A stretch of DNA of 64,000 nucleotides from Mustelus asterias. Lineage: Eukaryota. Position numbers and translations under genes: made by a program. The DNA lies in NCBI RefSeq assembly GCF_964213995.1, contig NC_135825.1, positions 20,646,001 to 20,710,000 of the forward strand, read 5' to 3'. The notes beneath the pieces were generated by a model that saw nothing but the letters and a program-made list of their open reading frames with translations, searched no databases and was not told where the DNA came from. Shown here piece by piece: positions 35,211 through 49,332 of the stretch (positions are counted from its first letter, which is position 1; every line of letters begins with the position of its first letter).

Positions 35211-37510
35211 TTCTTTTTAAAAGGAAGTGGACTGTTTGGGGTTAAGAGATTTATATTTGACTGAAGAGTTAACTGCTTCTTTCATCTCACAAGTTCTGCT
35301 AAAGATGCAAATATTACTAGCACTTTGCACTATTTAACTTTGTACGTGGAAACCTTATGACTCCAAAACAGCAGTACCTCAAATCAAATCAGTTTTAAAC
35401 AATCAGTGGTGAGCTTAGTTCATATATCATGCAAATTTAGCAGCTGCACAAGTTCAGTGCATTCAACGGGGAGCCAAAAAGCAATATGCCACTTCCCAAT
35501 ATCTCATCATACCTAATACATCAATGTGTTGCATAGGAGCATTATAAAATTAAGTTTGACATTAAGCCACACAAGGGGAGCTTCTTAAAAAAGAGGAACT
35601 TTGTAAGAGGAATGTGAAAGAGATAGTGAGGTTTAGAGGGGGAATTCCAGAGGTTAGAGCCTTTTTCAGCCACAAACGATTGAGCAATTAAAATGACAGA
35701 CTATCAGAACAGCAACTTTTGGATTTCCGCATTTAATCGCACATCTGCACTTGTCTGAAGTTGTTGCAGCATTTGTGCATAAATAATTGAGACATTTATT
35801 TTGACAGCAAACTACGCACCAATACTTTATTCTGCTGAAAAGGGAAACCCTCTTTAAAAATCAGAGCCAAATTAAATAAACTTAGATGAGCAAATTATAT
35901 AGATTTAAAAGTGTTCCTAAACGATAAATTACCTTTCACCTAAAAATACATTGTTACAGATGCAAATTGTGATATCTGGCATGTGATAGATGCCTGCTTG
36001 ACATGAGGTTGAGAGTCAGACAGTGGCGCAGGTTAATGCAATTCCACCTTGCCATTCCAATGAACTTTCAAAGTAAGATAAAATTTAGTAAGCTTCGAAT
36101 GTATGAAGGCCCTTTACCAATTGCATTAAAGTTTATTTAGGAAGACACTGTTCAGTGCATTAATTAAATTATGTTTGCAGAAATGTACATGAAGCCTGAT
36201 CAATTAACCCTAAGAATTAAAATTTAATCAAAGTAACAGTATTTTTAAACAGTTTGAATACTACATTGTAATTTCCAAAATAAAAAATGACAATCCATGC
36301 AGAAAGGAACTCAGATAAAAAACAAACAATTCCCTAAATGTATTGCTTCACCAGGAAATAAAAAAACGATTACATAAGTATGTATTTAGAGAGAGAATGT
36401 TTCATGTGGGAGTTGCCGGTTATTACATTTGCTTTTAGTCCGAACTCTAATTCCAAAGTATGGTAAATGAATGCTTTCTTCGTGACGCGGGGTTCTTCAA
36501 CTTGTCCATCCCAGGGCCAGATGTCACTCGTTTTTCTTTCAACCAACACCTCAACAACCGAAAGAGCAAACCATACTCAGGTATGTACTGAGGGAGACAG
36601 CATTGTATTTTTAAAAGCAAATAGGTGACGCAAACTATTGCTGCAATAGCAGGTTCGTCAGGCAGAGTGGCATTCGGTTAACCCATTCAGTCAGCTCATG
36701 TGATGTTATTGACATAGTAGGTGGGGATAAGATTCAGCTCATCAAAAACTATATTGTGCCCAGACGTAATATGCAAAATTACTTTACTGCACAGGATGTC
36801 TATTTAAAAAAAACTGGAAGAGCAAAGAATTGGAAAGGCATTGTTACATAGCTCTCTCACACACACGCATGGGCTTTAATACAGGGTGCTGGCCAATATC
36901 TTTGGCCACTTGGAGAAATTATTTAGGAACATTCCAGGCATTTCTCACCACCATCACTCAAACCTCAATAGAAAATAGAAACTCTTATTTTTAAAAAGAA
37001 AATAGCCAGCCACTCCTTGTGAAAGTAGGTGAACAAATTGCCGTCCTTTGTAGAGTGGTTCTGATCCAAATCAGTTAGAAAAGACTCCCGGATTCACTGA
37101 ATTGGATTAATAGCTAACTCCCTACCCCCCCCCCCCCCCCAAGCAACCAGCTCCTGGACCAACAATCCCGGGAAAAGTTCTTCCAGGTCCAGCTCCTCCA
37201 ACTGGGTTGGACCACGGCGAGTTTTCCTTGAATCAGCTAACACCAACCAGTCAAACACACAGCCCGGCTTATTTCGCAGCAGCCTGGGGTGCACTTTACT
37301 GAAGTTTACCGTTTTTAAAACGTGTTTGCCATTGTTACAAGCTGCATGCTGACAATGCTGTTCCCCGACGAGACCAAACTTCCACTCCCACCACCAGCCA
37401 ACAGACTGATTATACTCTCACTCGGTTCCGATCTCAATCGACCAGCAGCTCGCTATTTTTTGTATCCCAAATGACATTGAAAAGGACCCCGGGTTTAATC
37501 ATTCACTCAC

Positions 37511-37700
37511 CTCAACGCAGCCAACTCCGATTAATCCAGTTGGGTTTTGACAGAACCCAGTGACAATTGAAAATTGATTATTCTTTCTCTCTCTCCCGGC
37601 AAATGGTCCCGTTTACAGTGTGGCTGTTCGTTAGTATGTTTAGTGCTCTGCTAATCCTTCCCTTTTTAGGTTGAGATGCACTCTTCAGCGCCAGCCAATA
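37511..37700 (-). other. Putative non-coding first exon / promoter region of C1orf116
   Basis: Strong donor gag|gtgagtg at 37511/37510 in a locally CpG-enriched, repeat-free segment upstream of exon 2. The 5' end is a guess. Confidence 0.4.
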
Positions 37701-37934
37701 AGCTTTGTCTCTGTCTTTTTACCTGGAGTGAACATACCAACCCCACCCCCTTCCCTCCTCTCCACACGTGACAAATCAGATTCCTTCATTTGTTTTAACC
37801 TATCGCTCAAATCCCCTCTCACTTACCCTGTGAGCCTTATCCATCCGATTTCATCTTCGTTCAACTGCTGACTGGATCAGAGTTTCTCCTAGCTTTCGAT
37901 CAACCAGATGGACGGGAATGCTCCGCCTTTTTAT

Positions 37935-38142
37935 AGTAAGAAGTTTAACACCACCAGGTTAAAGTCCAACAGGTTTATTTGGTAGCAAATGCCACTAGCT
38001 TTCGGAGCGCTGCCCCTTCATCAAGGGCGAAGGAGCAGCACGCTCCGAAAGCTACCAAATAAACCTGTTGGACTTTAACCTGGTGTTGTTAAACTTCTTA
38101 CTGTGTTTACCCCAATCCAACGCCGGCATCTCCACATCATGA
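37935..38142. mobile_element. Palindromic Penelope-terminus mini-insertion with two inverted hammerhead remnants
   Basis: Long inverted arms with centre agctttcggagcgctgccccttcatcaag / gaaggagcagcacgctccgaaagct. Direct repeat ccgYctttttata (37923-37935, 38143-38155). Confidence 0.85.
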
Positions 38143-38189
38143 CCGTCTTTTTATACCAGGGAATGTTCAATCAGATTTGGCACAGAATA

Positions 38190-38475
38190 TGTTTTTTGTC
38201 ACAAGTAGGCTTACGTTCACACTGCAATGAAGTTAGTGTGAAAATCCCCTCGTCATCACACTCCAGTGCCTATTCGGGCACACTGAGGGAGAATTTAACA
38301 TGGCCAATGCACTTAACCAGCACATCTTTCGGACTGTGGGACGAAATCCGAGCACCCGGAGGAAACCCACGCAAACACGGAGAGAAAGTGCAGACTCTGC
38401 GCAAACAGTGACTCAAGAGGGGAATCGAACCCAGGTCTCTGGCAGAGAGACAGCAGTGCTAACCATTGTGCCACT
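38190..38475 (-). mobile_element. V-SINE, tail type B
   Basis: tgtcacaagtaggcttac...gtgaaaatcccc...ggaggaaacccacgca...cagcagtgctaaccattgtgccac. Confidence 0.85.
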
Positions 38476-38644
38476 CAAATGGCCAACCCATTTGTATGTT
38501 TTCTTTAATTAGTGAAATCCCAACCCCCCCCGCCCCCGCCCTCAGTACCTACCACTACGAACTATCCCCATTCTCAAAAGGATGTGAAACAAGATTAGAA
38601 GATTCCTAATGTTACTGGTAGTGTAACCTTTCCTTTGTTAATTA

Positions 38645-39070
38645 AATAGAGCAGGAACAAAAAGTTGATGCATATTTTCTTGAATTGAGTAACATAAAAT
38701 CGGGATAGCAGCAGACCTTATGACCCTTGGAGGCTGCTACAGCATTCGATAAGATGATTGATCTGACCTTAGCTTTAACCCCACTTTGTAACTGGCTCCC
38801 AGAACATTTGATTCTCCTAGAGTTCAAAATTCAATCTGTGCCTTGAATAAATTCAACAATGGGTCTTCTGTTAACTTTCTCAGGTAAAGCATTCTAAAGA
38901 GTCACATCCCTTTGAGGGAAAAAAAATCCTTCTCGCCTCAGTCTTAAATGGGTGGCACTCCTCATTCTGAAGCTATAACCAGAGTTCTAGATTCCCAATC
39001 AGGAGAATCTATAGCATCTACCCTACGAGTCATCCCAATCTTTTATCTTTCAATAAGATCACTTCTCAAA
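38645..39070 (-). mobile_element. Old CR1 3' fragment
   Basis: Similar to 58760-59090 (tcagtcttaaatggg...gttctagattccc...gcatctaccct). Confidence 0.55.
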
Positions 39071-41206
39071 GTGCAGAATTAGAAAAGTTGAGCCTCAAAT
39101 AAAATGGCAAATAGTTTTATTGTGCAAGCTAGTGTGTAGCAAAAACATGCAGTGAGCATGACTCTAGTGAATTTGTTTTTATACACCTAGCCCTTATGAC
39201 CCACCCAAATCAATGGAATCCAAACCAGTTTTATAGCTCAAGTCACTCCTGCAGATTAAATAGTTCTCAGAGAGTTCTATCTCTCTCATGCTTCAGAGTT
39301 TGCAAGGTTTTCCCCCCCAGATTACTTAATTACTCAGGATAACATGTTAAAATACAGTTTGAGTGCTTTCTTTACTATAGATGAATAAACATTAGCTCTG
39401 GCGTTCTTATTTAGAGTTCTCACTGTCACTCCCTGTCTTGCTAAGTTTGCGTAATATCTAACAAACCCTGTCAATGTTTAATTGAACCAAAATTCCTTAT
39501 ATTCTGTAAATGAAAATGCCCTTGTGTCAAGCAAGTCTGTTCGGAGTCACAGGTAAGGCAAGGCACCTTCAAACAAAACACTCAGGATGGTGGCTATTCT
39601 TTCCAGATTCAACTCATTGCAACGAGTACCAAACATAAATGCTTGTTGCAGAAGTTTCTTAGGCACATTAAATTCTGATTTAGCTGTAATCCTCTCCCCC
39701 TTCCTGACAGCTCTTGCTCAGCATTATTCAGATTAAATTGGATTTGGAGAACTATTTGAATGTCCATTATGTCCCCATTCTGGGTTGAGAAGCAAAAAAA
39801 AGAATGGATTATATTGGTAACCGGTCCTAAAAAATTAGAGCTTTTTAACAATGCCAGGGACATGGTAAACAACAATGGCAGCAGCTATGAAACTTTTCCC
39901 CACTTCTGTATATTTGATTTTTAAATCAAAAAGCATCATGAGATAGTAATTAGAATAGTGTATTTTTGCCAGGTATTTTATAGGTTACACTACTAGTAAC
40001 ATTAGACTGGCTATTTATACCAACTCCTGTTTGGACTTAGTTTGCTGCAGTGAGATTGAGGGTTAATGGCAGCCTGGACTTGCATCAAATTGCCAACCAT
40101 CAACTTTGTAAGATGACCGTTGACTTTACAACCTATTGGTCAGCTTGTCGGTGTTTTGAGACAGAATATATGTCTCAATGTGATTTCTCATTAAAGTTAA
40201 CTAGAAAGGCAAGCAGTGGATTATAACGAGAAACATGCTGTCTATAAAGTTTTTTAAAAATCTTAAGCTAATTCACATGAAAGTTAAAATCCAGTACTCG
40301 TTGAAATAAGATTGACTGAATGGCAGATGCTCTTTAGTGATAAAGACAGAGCTGGAGTGGTAAAATTAACTGGTTTACTGAATATGTCACAGAAAATCTA
40401 TCAAATTTGTGCAATGAATAATGAGGGTACCGTAGAAGCAGCCAGACTCAGAGCAGCAAATGAAATGGTGCGAAAGACAACGGAACACGATGATAGAGAG
40501 GGAATAGTGAACAAGGCCAGATTTGACATTTACCAGTTAATGCTTTGAGCTTACTGCAAAACATGCTGCTGCTAATGGAGATTTGTATTAATGGGAATAA
40601 TTAAGGTAGAGTTCAGGAAGCTGATGAGAAAGGCATTGGAAAAGTTGATTCTTGATGTAACATTTTTTCTACAGCTTGGGGTTTAATGCAGTTAAAGTTT
40701 TTTTTGGTGATGACTGCAAGGATCATAAATTAGACTAATTTGGTAATCTCAGCCTGGTTCATATGTTGCCCAGCAAAGTAACTGAAGAGACACTTTATTG
40801 CTACCATATAATGCAGAAGGAAAGGTAATCTGGATGACCCAGAGATTTCAGTCATGGTATCACTTGAAGAAATATTTCTACTTGTTCACTTGGCATTTAT
40901 TAACTCTAGGCTAATATATATACATTTGTTCAAAGTTGAAAATCACAGGATTATCAGTGATGTATGAATATAATTATGTATTAATACAAAAGGATGTTTT
41001 GCTATTTGCTTGGCAATTCTAGTCATGCAGGAGGGGTTTATTGGTTCGAATGGCATTTTTCCTGCTAAACTATCAATCGTACAAATTATCTGTGTTATCA
41101 GAGGGCTCTCTGATGAAAGTGAAACAAAAAGCTAAATTCCCACAGACGGGCTGAAGGATACAAGAAGATAAAAAAAAACAATCAGTTCATGTAACATTGT
41201 ATTCAA

Positions 41207-41212
41207 TTTATT
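41207..41212 (-). terminator. Candidate distal polyadenylation signal of YOD1
   Basis: AATAAA on the minus strand followed by a U-rich stretch (gattgtttttttttatc), at the end of a long AT-rich, repeat-poor segment downstream of the YOD1 stop. Confidence 0.45.
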
Positions 41213-42607
41213 TCTGAAAAGTATAAATTACAAATGACCTTATATTCAGCAATTGAGCAAAGATGGATACAATAAAATTCATGAGGTTTTCCTTTTGATC
41301 AATGGCATAAACACTGTACTCAAGTACTTGTAGCAGCAGTGAATTGTAAACAGCTTAATCTGATAATGCTGAAAAGTCATACTCTTAACAAATAATGAGG
41401 TCTATTTTAGCCAAAGTTACATTGCAATTTAAAAATCACAGTTAAAGCTAACTCTCCCATTTTCACCAAGTCACATTGCATAAATAACATGTTTATCATT
41501 GGACACTCAACAGCAAAAGAATATATATGTATTATGTACAATATATATATATACACACTAAAAGATAATGAAGCTCAATAACCCACAGATCGCTGAGTGG
41601 TTCTGAGAAGCACCAATCCGATACACACATTTCTCCTGAATTGGAAATGCATATGCAGATTTTTAGAAAGGTAATATTTATAAGTTACTTAATCTTTTTA
41701 ATGCACACTAATGGATAATAAAGAGAAGACTTCAAATTTAAATGCAATGCCTATAGTTCCAAAAATGGATATAAAGTACACTATGAAGTGCAAACATGCC
41801 AGTTATGCATCTTTCATAAATCCTTTAGCATTATATATACTTCACAAGATGCAAGTGGTACATTTGTATCTACTCTTCACCCTTACCTATTTATCCCAAT
41901 CCCATTTTATATTTACTTGTAACATCCATATCATTTGACTAGAAGATTATCCTAAACTGGTGATAAAATGCAGGAACTATTTCAATTTACAAGCTTTTTT
42001 TCTTATACACTCAAAAAGCAAGCCGCAGCAAGCACTATACTTTTAGTCAAATTAGTACTGAAAGACTATGCCTGGATTAATACTTTGGTTTCATAATTGT
42101 TGGGTTTGATGTCACCATTGAGGAAGAACAGCAGTCAACTTTAAATCCCCCCAAAAGGTGCAGCAGTTCTGACATAAAAGTAGTCATCTGAATTTTGTAT
42201 TTAGTTATTTTTGGGTCTGTAAAACAAATCAGGTTCATGATCTAGAAAACAAGATTGTTTTCTCAACAGCTAACTAGAAAAGCAGTGAATTTTAAGGTAT
42301 GCAACATCCCATTTCATGACCAATGTACCTCAACTTGCAGGGGGATTATCCAAGAAGTGAATTTAATAGATAAATGTGGGTAAATTAAATAACATAGCTC
42401 AAGGCATTAGAGCTCATGAATTCCATACTATTTCCAAGAATATTTCTGGTTTTATTTTCCAATTTAACCAAAACAGCATTTTGGGGGTGGTGCATGGCTC
42501 TGTATTCATGTGCCATAACAGGTTAAGAATTGTTGAAGCTTCAATCTTTGACTAATTTATAGGAGCTCTGCACAGTAAACATTAATACTCCTGAATTCAC
42601 TAATTCA

Positions 42608-42882
42608 TGGGTGACACAGTGGTTAGCACTGCTGCCTCACAGCGCCAGAGACCCGGGTTCAATTCCCAGCTTGGGTCACTGTCTGTGTGGAATTTGCACA
42701 TTCTCCCTGTGTGTGGGGGTTTATTCCGGGTGCTCTGGTTTCCTTCCACAGTCTGAAAGACGTGCTGGTTAGGTGCATTGACCTGAACAGGCGCCAAAGT
42801 GTGGCGACATGGGGAATTTCACAGTAACTTCATTGCAGTGTTAATGTAAGCCTTACTTGTGACTAATAAACAAACTTTACTT
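42608..42882 (+). mobile_element. V-SINE, tail type B
   Basis: Head, V-domain and tail atttcacagtaacttcattgcagtgttaatgtaagccttacttgtgactaataaac. Confidence 0.88.
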
Positions 42883-45800
42883 CTTTAAAAAATGAACAGA
42901 CTTGTATACACACTTGATCTCAAGATTTGATTACTGTTTATCTTGAAAAAATTGATTTTTCTGATGTTAATGCCATTCAATAGCAAAACACAATACATAA
43001 ATGGTTTTATGGAAAAATGTTTCTGTAAACAGCTGTTTAAAGTAGTCTTTGAATAAAATGATGTTATAAATTATATAAAAACTTAAATAGAAGTACAGTT
43101 ATATAAATAATTTGCTTTGACCATTGGCTATGAAAACAGTTAAATAACTTGTATTTTATGCTATGAATTAACCACATAATAGCTTTCCAAGGCTAGTATA
43201 TCAAATCAACAGAATTGCAATCTTCCTTTTTTATGGTTGCGTCTTGAACTAACTTTGTTTTCCACCAACAACAACACTTTCCACTTATATAGTGTCTTTA
43301 ACATATAAATATTGAGGCACTTCACAGCAAGGGAAACAAATGCTCAGCCAGGAAAAGATCAAGGTGACCAAAAAGCTTGGCCAGAAAGGTGAATGTCGAT
43401 TAGATGGGGGATTTAAGATGGGAATTCCAGAGAATAAGAACCAAATTTTTAAACACCATACCTTTTAGTTAAAAATAAAGAAGATTGTCCCTAACGGTGT
43501 TATCAGATTATCTGGTAACATTTAGGCAAACATGGCTTCCTGCCATTTTCTTTGTTTTGCTACAAAAGTAGCATTTATCCATTTAAGCATCATATTATTC
43601 AAATATTGGAACCTGTAGCACCCAAATTGATCAAATCCCACCTCCTCCCACAAATAAAAAATAGAAAATCTGTTTAAAAATAATTGCTCAATTTAGGGCA
43701 TTCTAATACAGCAGTAATCTATACCTGAATCTGAATAAACTTGAAGCCAAAATTAACCAACTTAAGCAACAAGTTTGATTCCGAATTCTCAAACCTGTAT
43801 TATCAGTAAAATTTAATATCTAGAAGCACCAGACAGTGAAGATCACCCCGAAGGCAGGTAATTACATTGATACAAAAAAAATCAAAGCTCCTGTATTACA
43901 GGACAGTGGGATCAATAGCTGATGGACGTTACCAGTCGACAAACACATTTGTTCAACTATGCAATTAGTGTACACACTGTACTTCAAATACTAATGGACT
44001 TGTTGGGAGGTTTATAAATGATAAGCATATGACAGTGTGCAGAAACAAGTATTGAAAATGTTAACCTGTGTCAGATACACTGGTGGATTTAAGTTAATTT
44101 CAAGCCCCATTTTGTGTTGTTCATGATTTAATGGTCATTTCTTTCAACAAATACAAGTTGTGTCAAATAACTTAATTTACAAGTATATCGCATGATAAAA
44201 TTGCAATTTTTAAACTGAAGTTAATTTGCACTATTGTAAATGGAATAAACCTAATTATCAATGTAAAAAGCCTCCAGTGTACTGACTTTACGCTTGCTTC
44301 ATTTTTGACCGTTAGTTGTAACATTTTAAGAATTTTAAAAGGTCAGAATTATCTTCTCCTCCCTATATATTCTGACCCGAGTAAAATGACAAGTACTGTT
44401 TTATACAGGTCACATCTGCATTGTAACAAGGATAGTTGACAAAGTTATTTTGTACTCATGCAAAGATCATGTTAAATTTGGGTTATTCCAATTGGTGAAC
44501 TAGATATGTTGTGTATGGCCTGTTCTTCCACAGTTATCAGCCAGTGCAAGCACTGACTTCAAACAAACTGCCTAAACACGAGTGTATATTTGCCAGTCAT
44601 GAATTCCGTGCTTCACAGATGGGAACATTGGCAATTTTTAAAAATTGTATTTCAGAAGAATTTTCATTTTCACAAAACTGAAGTTGAGTAGTGTGAACTT
44701 TAAGCCTAGGAGCCAATGGCATAGTGGTATTGTCATTGGACTAGTAATCCAGTGACGCAGCATAATATTCTGGAGGACCTAGGTCTACAGACTATCTTAA
44801 AAAGCACAGACATTTTCCATTTGCTCCAAGCTCATTCGCAATTTAATTAAAAAGGCACTATGTTAGTTTGGTTGCTGTTAAGAGTTTTGGGGCATCATGT
44901 AGATGTTAACAGGGGATGAGGCAAAACTAGTTTTTGATCACATTTTTAGCGCATTTTGGTGCTACCAAATTAATATTCATAAATTGAACAAATTTCAGCC
45001 ATTTAAGTTGACTAATGTTTAATTGAATATTATTGTACATAACTGAAAACTGATTAATCCCAGGTAGCTGCCTGACAAAAATTAAATTACTTAAATAACA
45101 AATTATTCCAAATCCCACATAGGGTTTCTATGATTCTATGAACCCATTCTAATTTTGCATTAAGCCAAAGTGCCACAAAATGATTGATGGCACTCTTAAA
45201 ATTTGACTTTGACTTCTACATGTTCAGGCTGCCACTTGGAGGCTCTGAGCAGTACTACAGCGGTTCGCAAGATGTGCAGTGGAAGGAATCTTGTGCACAT
45301 TTAAGTTACAGCAGAAATGTTAACGATTCAATAATTTACTAATCAGTTTTTCTCAATCCTCATTTTTTACATCTTTCAAAATTCTCATTCCAGGTTTGAA
45401 AAAAATGTAGTTATGAGGAAAGCCTCAAGCTACTGTAATTGTTTTCACTAGCAGAGAAAAGGGTGAAAGAAAAGATTTAATAAGGCAAACAGAAAATCTG
45501 GCTCCTCTGTTTCGGAAGTCAGTGATGAAGGTTCATCAATTAATACCCGAGGATGTCTGCAGAAAATTCATTACTTGGTTGACTGAGCACGGAGTTTAAC
45601 CATGTAAAATAAGGGACCGACAATTCTATCTTTAAGCAAAAAATGAGATACGGTGGTATGATTAGTTTTAGATTGATCAGCAGTGAAAAACAGCTTTGCT
45701 AACTTGTAATGTGAGACAGAGAAAGCAGCACACTTTTCTGAGATACAGCCCAATAGGTGTTTGATTTTGCAGATAAGGCACATTGTTACATCAGTGAAGA

Positions 45801-47971
45801 GAGCATTATTCTGTATTCAAGGATGTTATTTTTGAACTACGAGTGCTTGATGATGAAAATGCTCGATATGGCAGTTATCCACTTCCTAGCATGAACTGCA
45901 TTCATTTTGCTGAGTTTACAAATCATCATAACCACATTTGACACGTTGATGCATTTCCATTGCAATTTTGTAACATGGCCACATTTTACTTAGATAGCAG
46001 TACAAAAATGCTAAATTATTTCCTTCTGCTCTAGAGGAAAATCAAATATCTTGCAGACCCTGTAATAAGTCAGTACAACAAGAACAGCTAACTGCAGTCC
46101 TCCATATGCTGACAATAGCATAGGACAATGGATAAAAGCAACATTTGCTAACTGACCAGTCACATCTGCTTTGTTATTTGCAGTTGACGTGACATAAATT
46201 ACTAAACACTAAATTCTAAATCAAGTTTCAGAATATGGCTCAAAATTGGACAGATAAGGCAGAATTGTAATATCAGAAAGCAGTTCTGATGAAAAGTCAT
46301 TGACCTGAATCATAACTCCATTTCTCTCTCTATAGATGCTGTCTGACCTGGAGTATTTCCAGCATTTTGATTTTATTTCATAAATTTTAATTTTACTATA
46401 CTAAAGTTTCATCTTGCATATGTCATTAAAAATATTTAAAAACAAATCCACCCATAAGCATTTAAATGGAACATCTCTTTCAGGTGCATGTATATTAAGT
46501 AAAGAAATCATAGTTGTGATGTAAAAAGTTTAGTCCTATATTAAATAGAACAATTTCATTACTTTGAGTAAATGTAAATTAAAAATTAGCTTTAGATAAC
46601 TACATTTTTTGTCTATGTTTGGGAATGACCAATACACTGTGATTCTTTCACAGTTTCAATGAAACACGAGCTACTTTTCCTCACTAATCTTTTAAGATAG
46701 AGACGAAAGCCGGCAATCCACAGGATACACAAAATTTGGCTGAAGTGTGAATCAGATTATACACTAAAAAGTTTTAATACTTTTATACACATGGAGCTGT
46801 CAAGTAATTCTATGCACAAGAGGCACCATTGCTTGTTGAAACTTAATTATTAAAAGTTTGAGGCTTCTGAACCAGGACATCTACAGATCTGCTTTTTGTC
46901 ATGCCTTTAGTTTAATTTTGAAAATTAGTACTTGTGTTTCATGTGGGGGAAAAATAGGAATCTCATTGCCCATGTGCAAACTTCACACTGGAAGATAATT
47001 GAAAGATTGTTTCCTTGGAGATGCAGCTTTTTTAAAAAAAAAACTACCCGTGGACTGATTCTATTTTCATCAAGTGTCTGTCTGATCAGTAGACAGTTTA
47101 CTTCTTTGCAATCATAATTGGAATTGGTTTTGTTTTAACCTGAATGTAGCAGGCTGACAAGTGTACTATCTGTTGTGGTGAGCATCCCATGAGGTCTCAG
47201 TTGCCTTACATTGTAGTTAAGCCGACAGCTATTTGTCCTGTGAGACACTATCCTATTGCACATTGTGTAGGTTTCCGTTCAGAGGGGTCTCGGTCTCAGA
47301 CTGCTCACGGAAGCTCCTTTTCTGCTAGCTGTCCAGGCAATCAGGAGAATGCTTGAAAAAACAGCAAAGACTCAAAGAATGGAAGAATGGATTATCTAGA
47401 AAGCTCCTGAACTTGTCACAAGTCAGGGTTAAGGTAGTTGTTTAAGGATGCACGTGTGATTTCCATGAGCTGATCATAAAACGGTTGTTAAAATACAAAG
47501 GCGTCCTTTGGAGCTACTTAAAATTTTAAGAATCCTCAAATTAATATTCATAATTTATAGGCTTGTCATTTTTTCTAGCATTATTCTGCAATAAAGACTT
47601 TCAAAATATGAATCTTACGCATGCACTTAACTAGAGAGAAAGAAAACAACTCTAATTTAAGAGAAACCATTGATGCTTTACATATTCGTATCCAGGCATA
47701 CAAGACACTTAAGTGTGTCTTCCATCTCTATTAAAACAAATATTTTGTTAAATATAATAAACTAGAATGAGTGAAGGTCTAATGCAATTCCTACCATGCA
47801 AACAGGAATTTAAGAATGAGGGCCAGTTTTTGAAACAACCAACAATTTGATCAGCTCATGGTTTAATCATCCCAGGGTAAGACAAACACTCCCTAATATT
47901 CCATTTTGTTCTGGAGATTAATTATCCCTCTACATTCTAGGAACGTGAGGTGAATAACAGTATTCTGGCCA

Positions 47972-48675
47972 TCATACCTCCCCGAAGTTGGTGTGTCCAG
48001 TCTCTTTAGCATGCTCCCTAGCCTCTAACTGACCCACCAGCCCCTTTTGGCAGATTACACATCGCAATGTGAATCTATTCAGATCAGTAAACTGTCGTTT
48101 CCTTCTAGCCTCATCTGCCAACTCTAGTGCTTGAGCAAGCACAACATCATCAGCTGTGGAGAAGATGGTTTGTGGGGGTGTTTCAGGATCTTCAAACTGT
48201 CGTTTTAATGGGTCATAATGGATCCCATCATAGAGCAGGAGAACGCGTTTCAAATAGCCTACATCTTCTCCAAACCGGTCTACTCGGACAGTTTGTGTGT
48301 CCACTACACAGATCTCACACTGGTAAAACTTGGATAGAATAGAGATTTCAATGGCTCCTCCCCATGTGTCATTCTGTTGAATCCAGTTGCAGTAATCCCA
48401 ATTGCTTTTTCCTAGTACGGCTTCTGTGTATGAATCAGGATCACTTGCCACAATCTGCGCTATCAGATTTCGCATTTCTGGAGCACAGGTTGGCTCACAA
48501 ACACCACCTTCTACCACGTAGTGGATGCTTGTGAATAGACACGAATTATCTGCAGGGACAACATGTCGGGTCAGCTGTGGAAAAGTATCCTTATCTGAAC
48601 TTTTAGCACCAAAATTTGACACAGAGGCATTGACCTTCAATGTATCCCTTTCCTCTTCCACAATCAAAGTATCAC
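47972..48675 (-). CDS. YOD1: YOD1 deubiquitinase (OTU1), coding exon 2: OTU domain and C2H2 zinc finger
   Basis: [10 protein letters not shown] (catalytic Cys), [20 protein letters not shown] (His), [29 protein letters not shown]. Acceptor ttttctgcag, phase 1. Confidence 0.97.
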
Positions 48676-49017
48676 CTGCAGAAAAATATAATGATACGTT
48701 TAATGCAAGCTTACCTCTGTGCTGGGTTCAAAATTGACCAACATCAAATAATTAAAGGTAATGCAGCCATTTACATTAAACTAGAAAATACACATCTGTG
48801 CAGAAATAATAAATTTTATAAGAGGAACCCTTTATAAATAAAAATTGGCATCTACAAGAAAATCTTCAAAATAGTCATGCATACTATTGTAAACGTAGCT
48901 ATCCACAATTGACTTGTGATGGTTTGTGTGGATTGGCATCAAGCAGATTATGCAAAATACTGCAGTGACTATTTAGACACTCAGAAATCTTTGCAAAGAA
49001 TTGAAGAAACTTATAAT

Positions 49018-49332
49018 TAGAATCATAGAATCTATAGTGCAGGAGGGGGGCATTTGGCTCATTGAGCCTGCACGGACAATAATCCTACCCAGGTCCCATC
49101 CCCATAACCCCACATATTTACAGTCCTAATCCCCCTGACACTAAGGGGCAATTTATCATGGCCAGTCAACCTAACCCGCACATCTCTGGACTGTGGGAGG
49201 AAACCGGAGCACCCAGAGGGAACCCATGCAGACACAGGGAGAATGTGCAAACTCCACATGGACAGTCACCCAAGGCTGGAATTGAACCTGGGTCCCTGGC
49301 GCTGAGAGGAAGCAGTGCTAACCACTGACCCA
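49018..49332 (-). mobile_element. HE1-type V-SINE in the YOD1 intron
   Basis: agaatcatagaatc tail through cagtgctaaccactg head. Confidence 0.88.
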
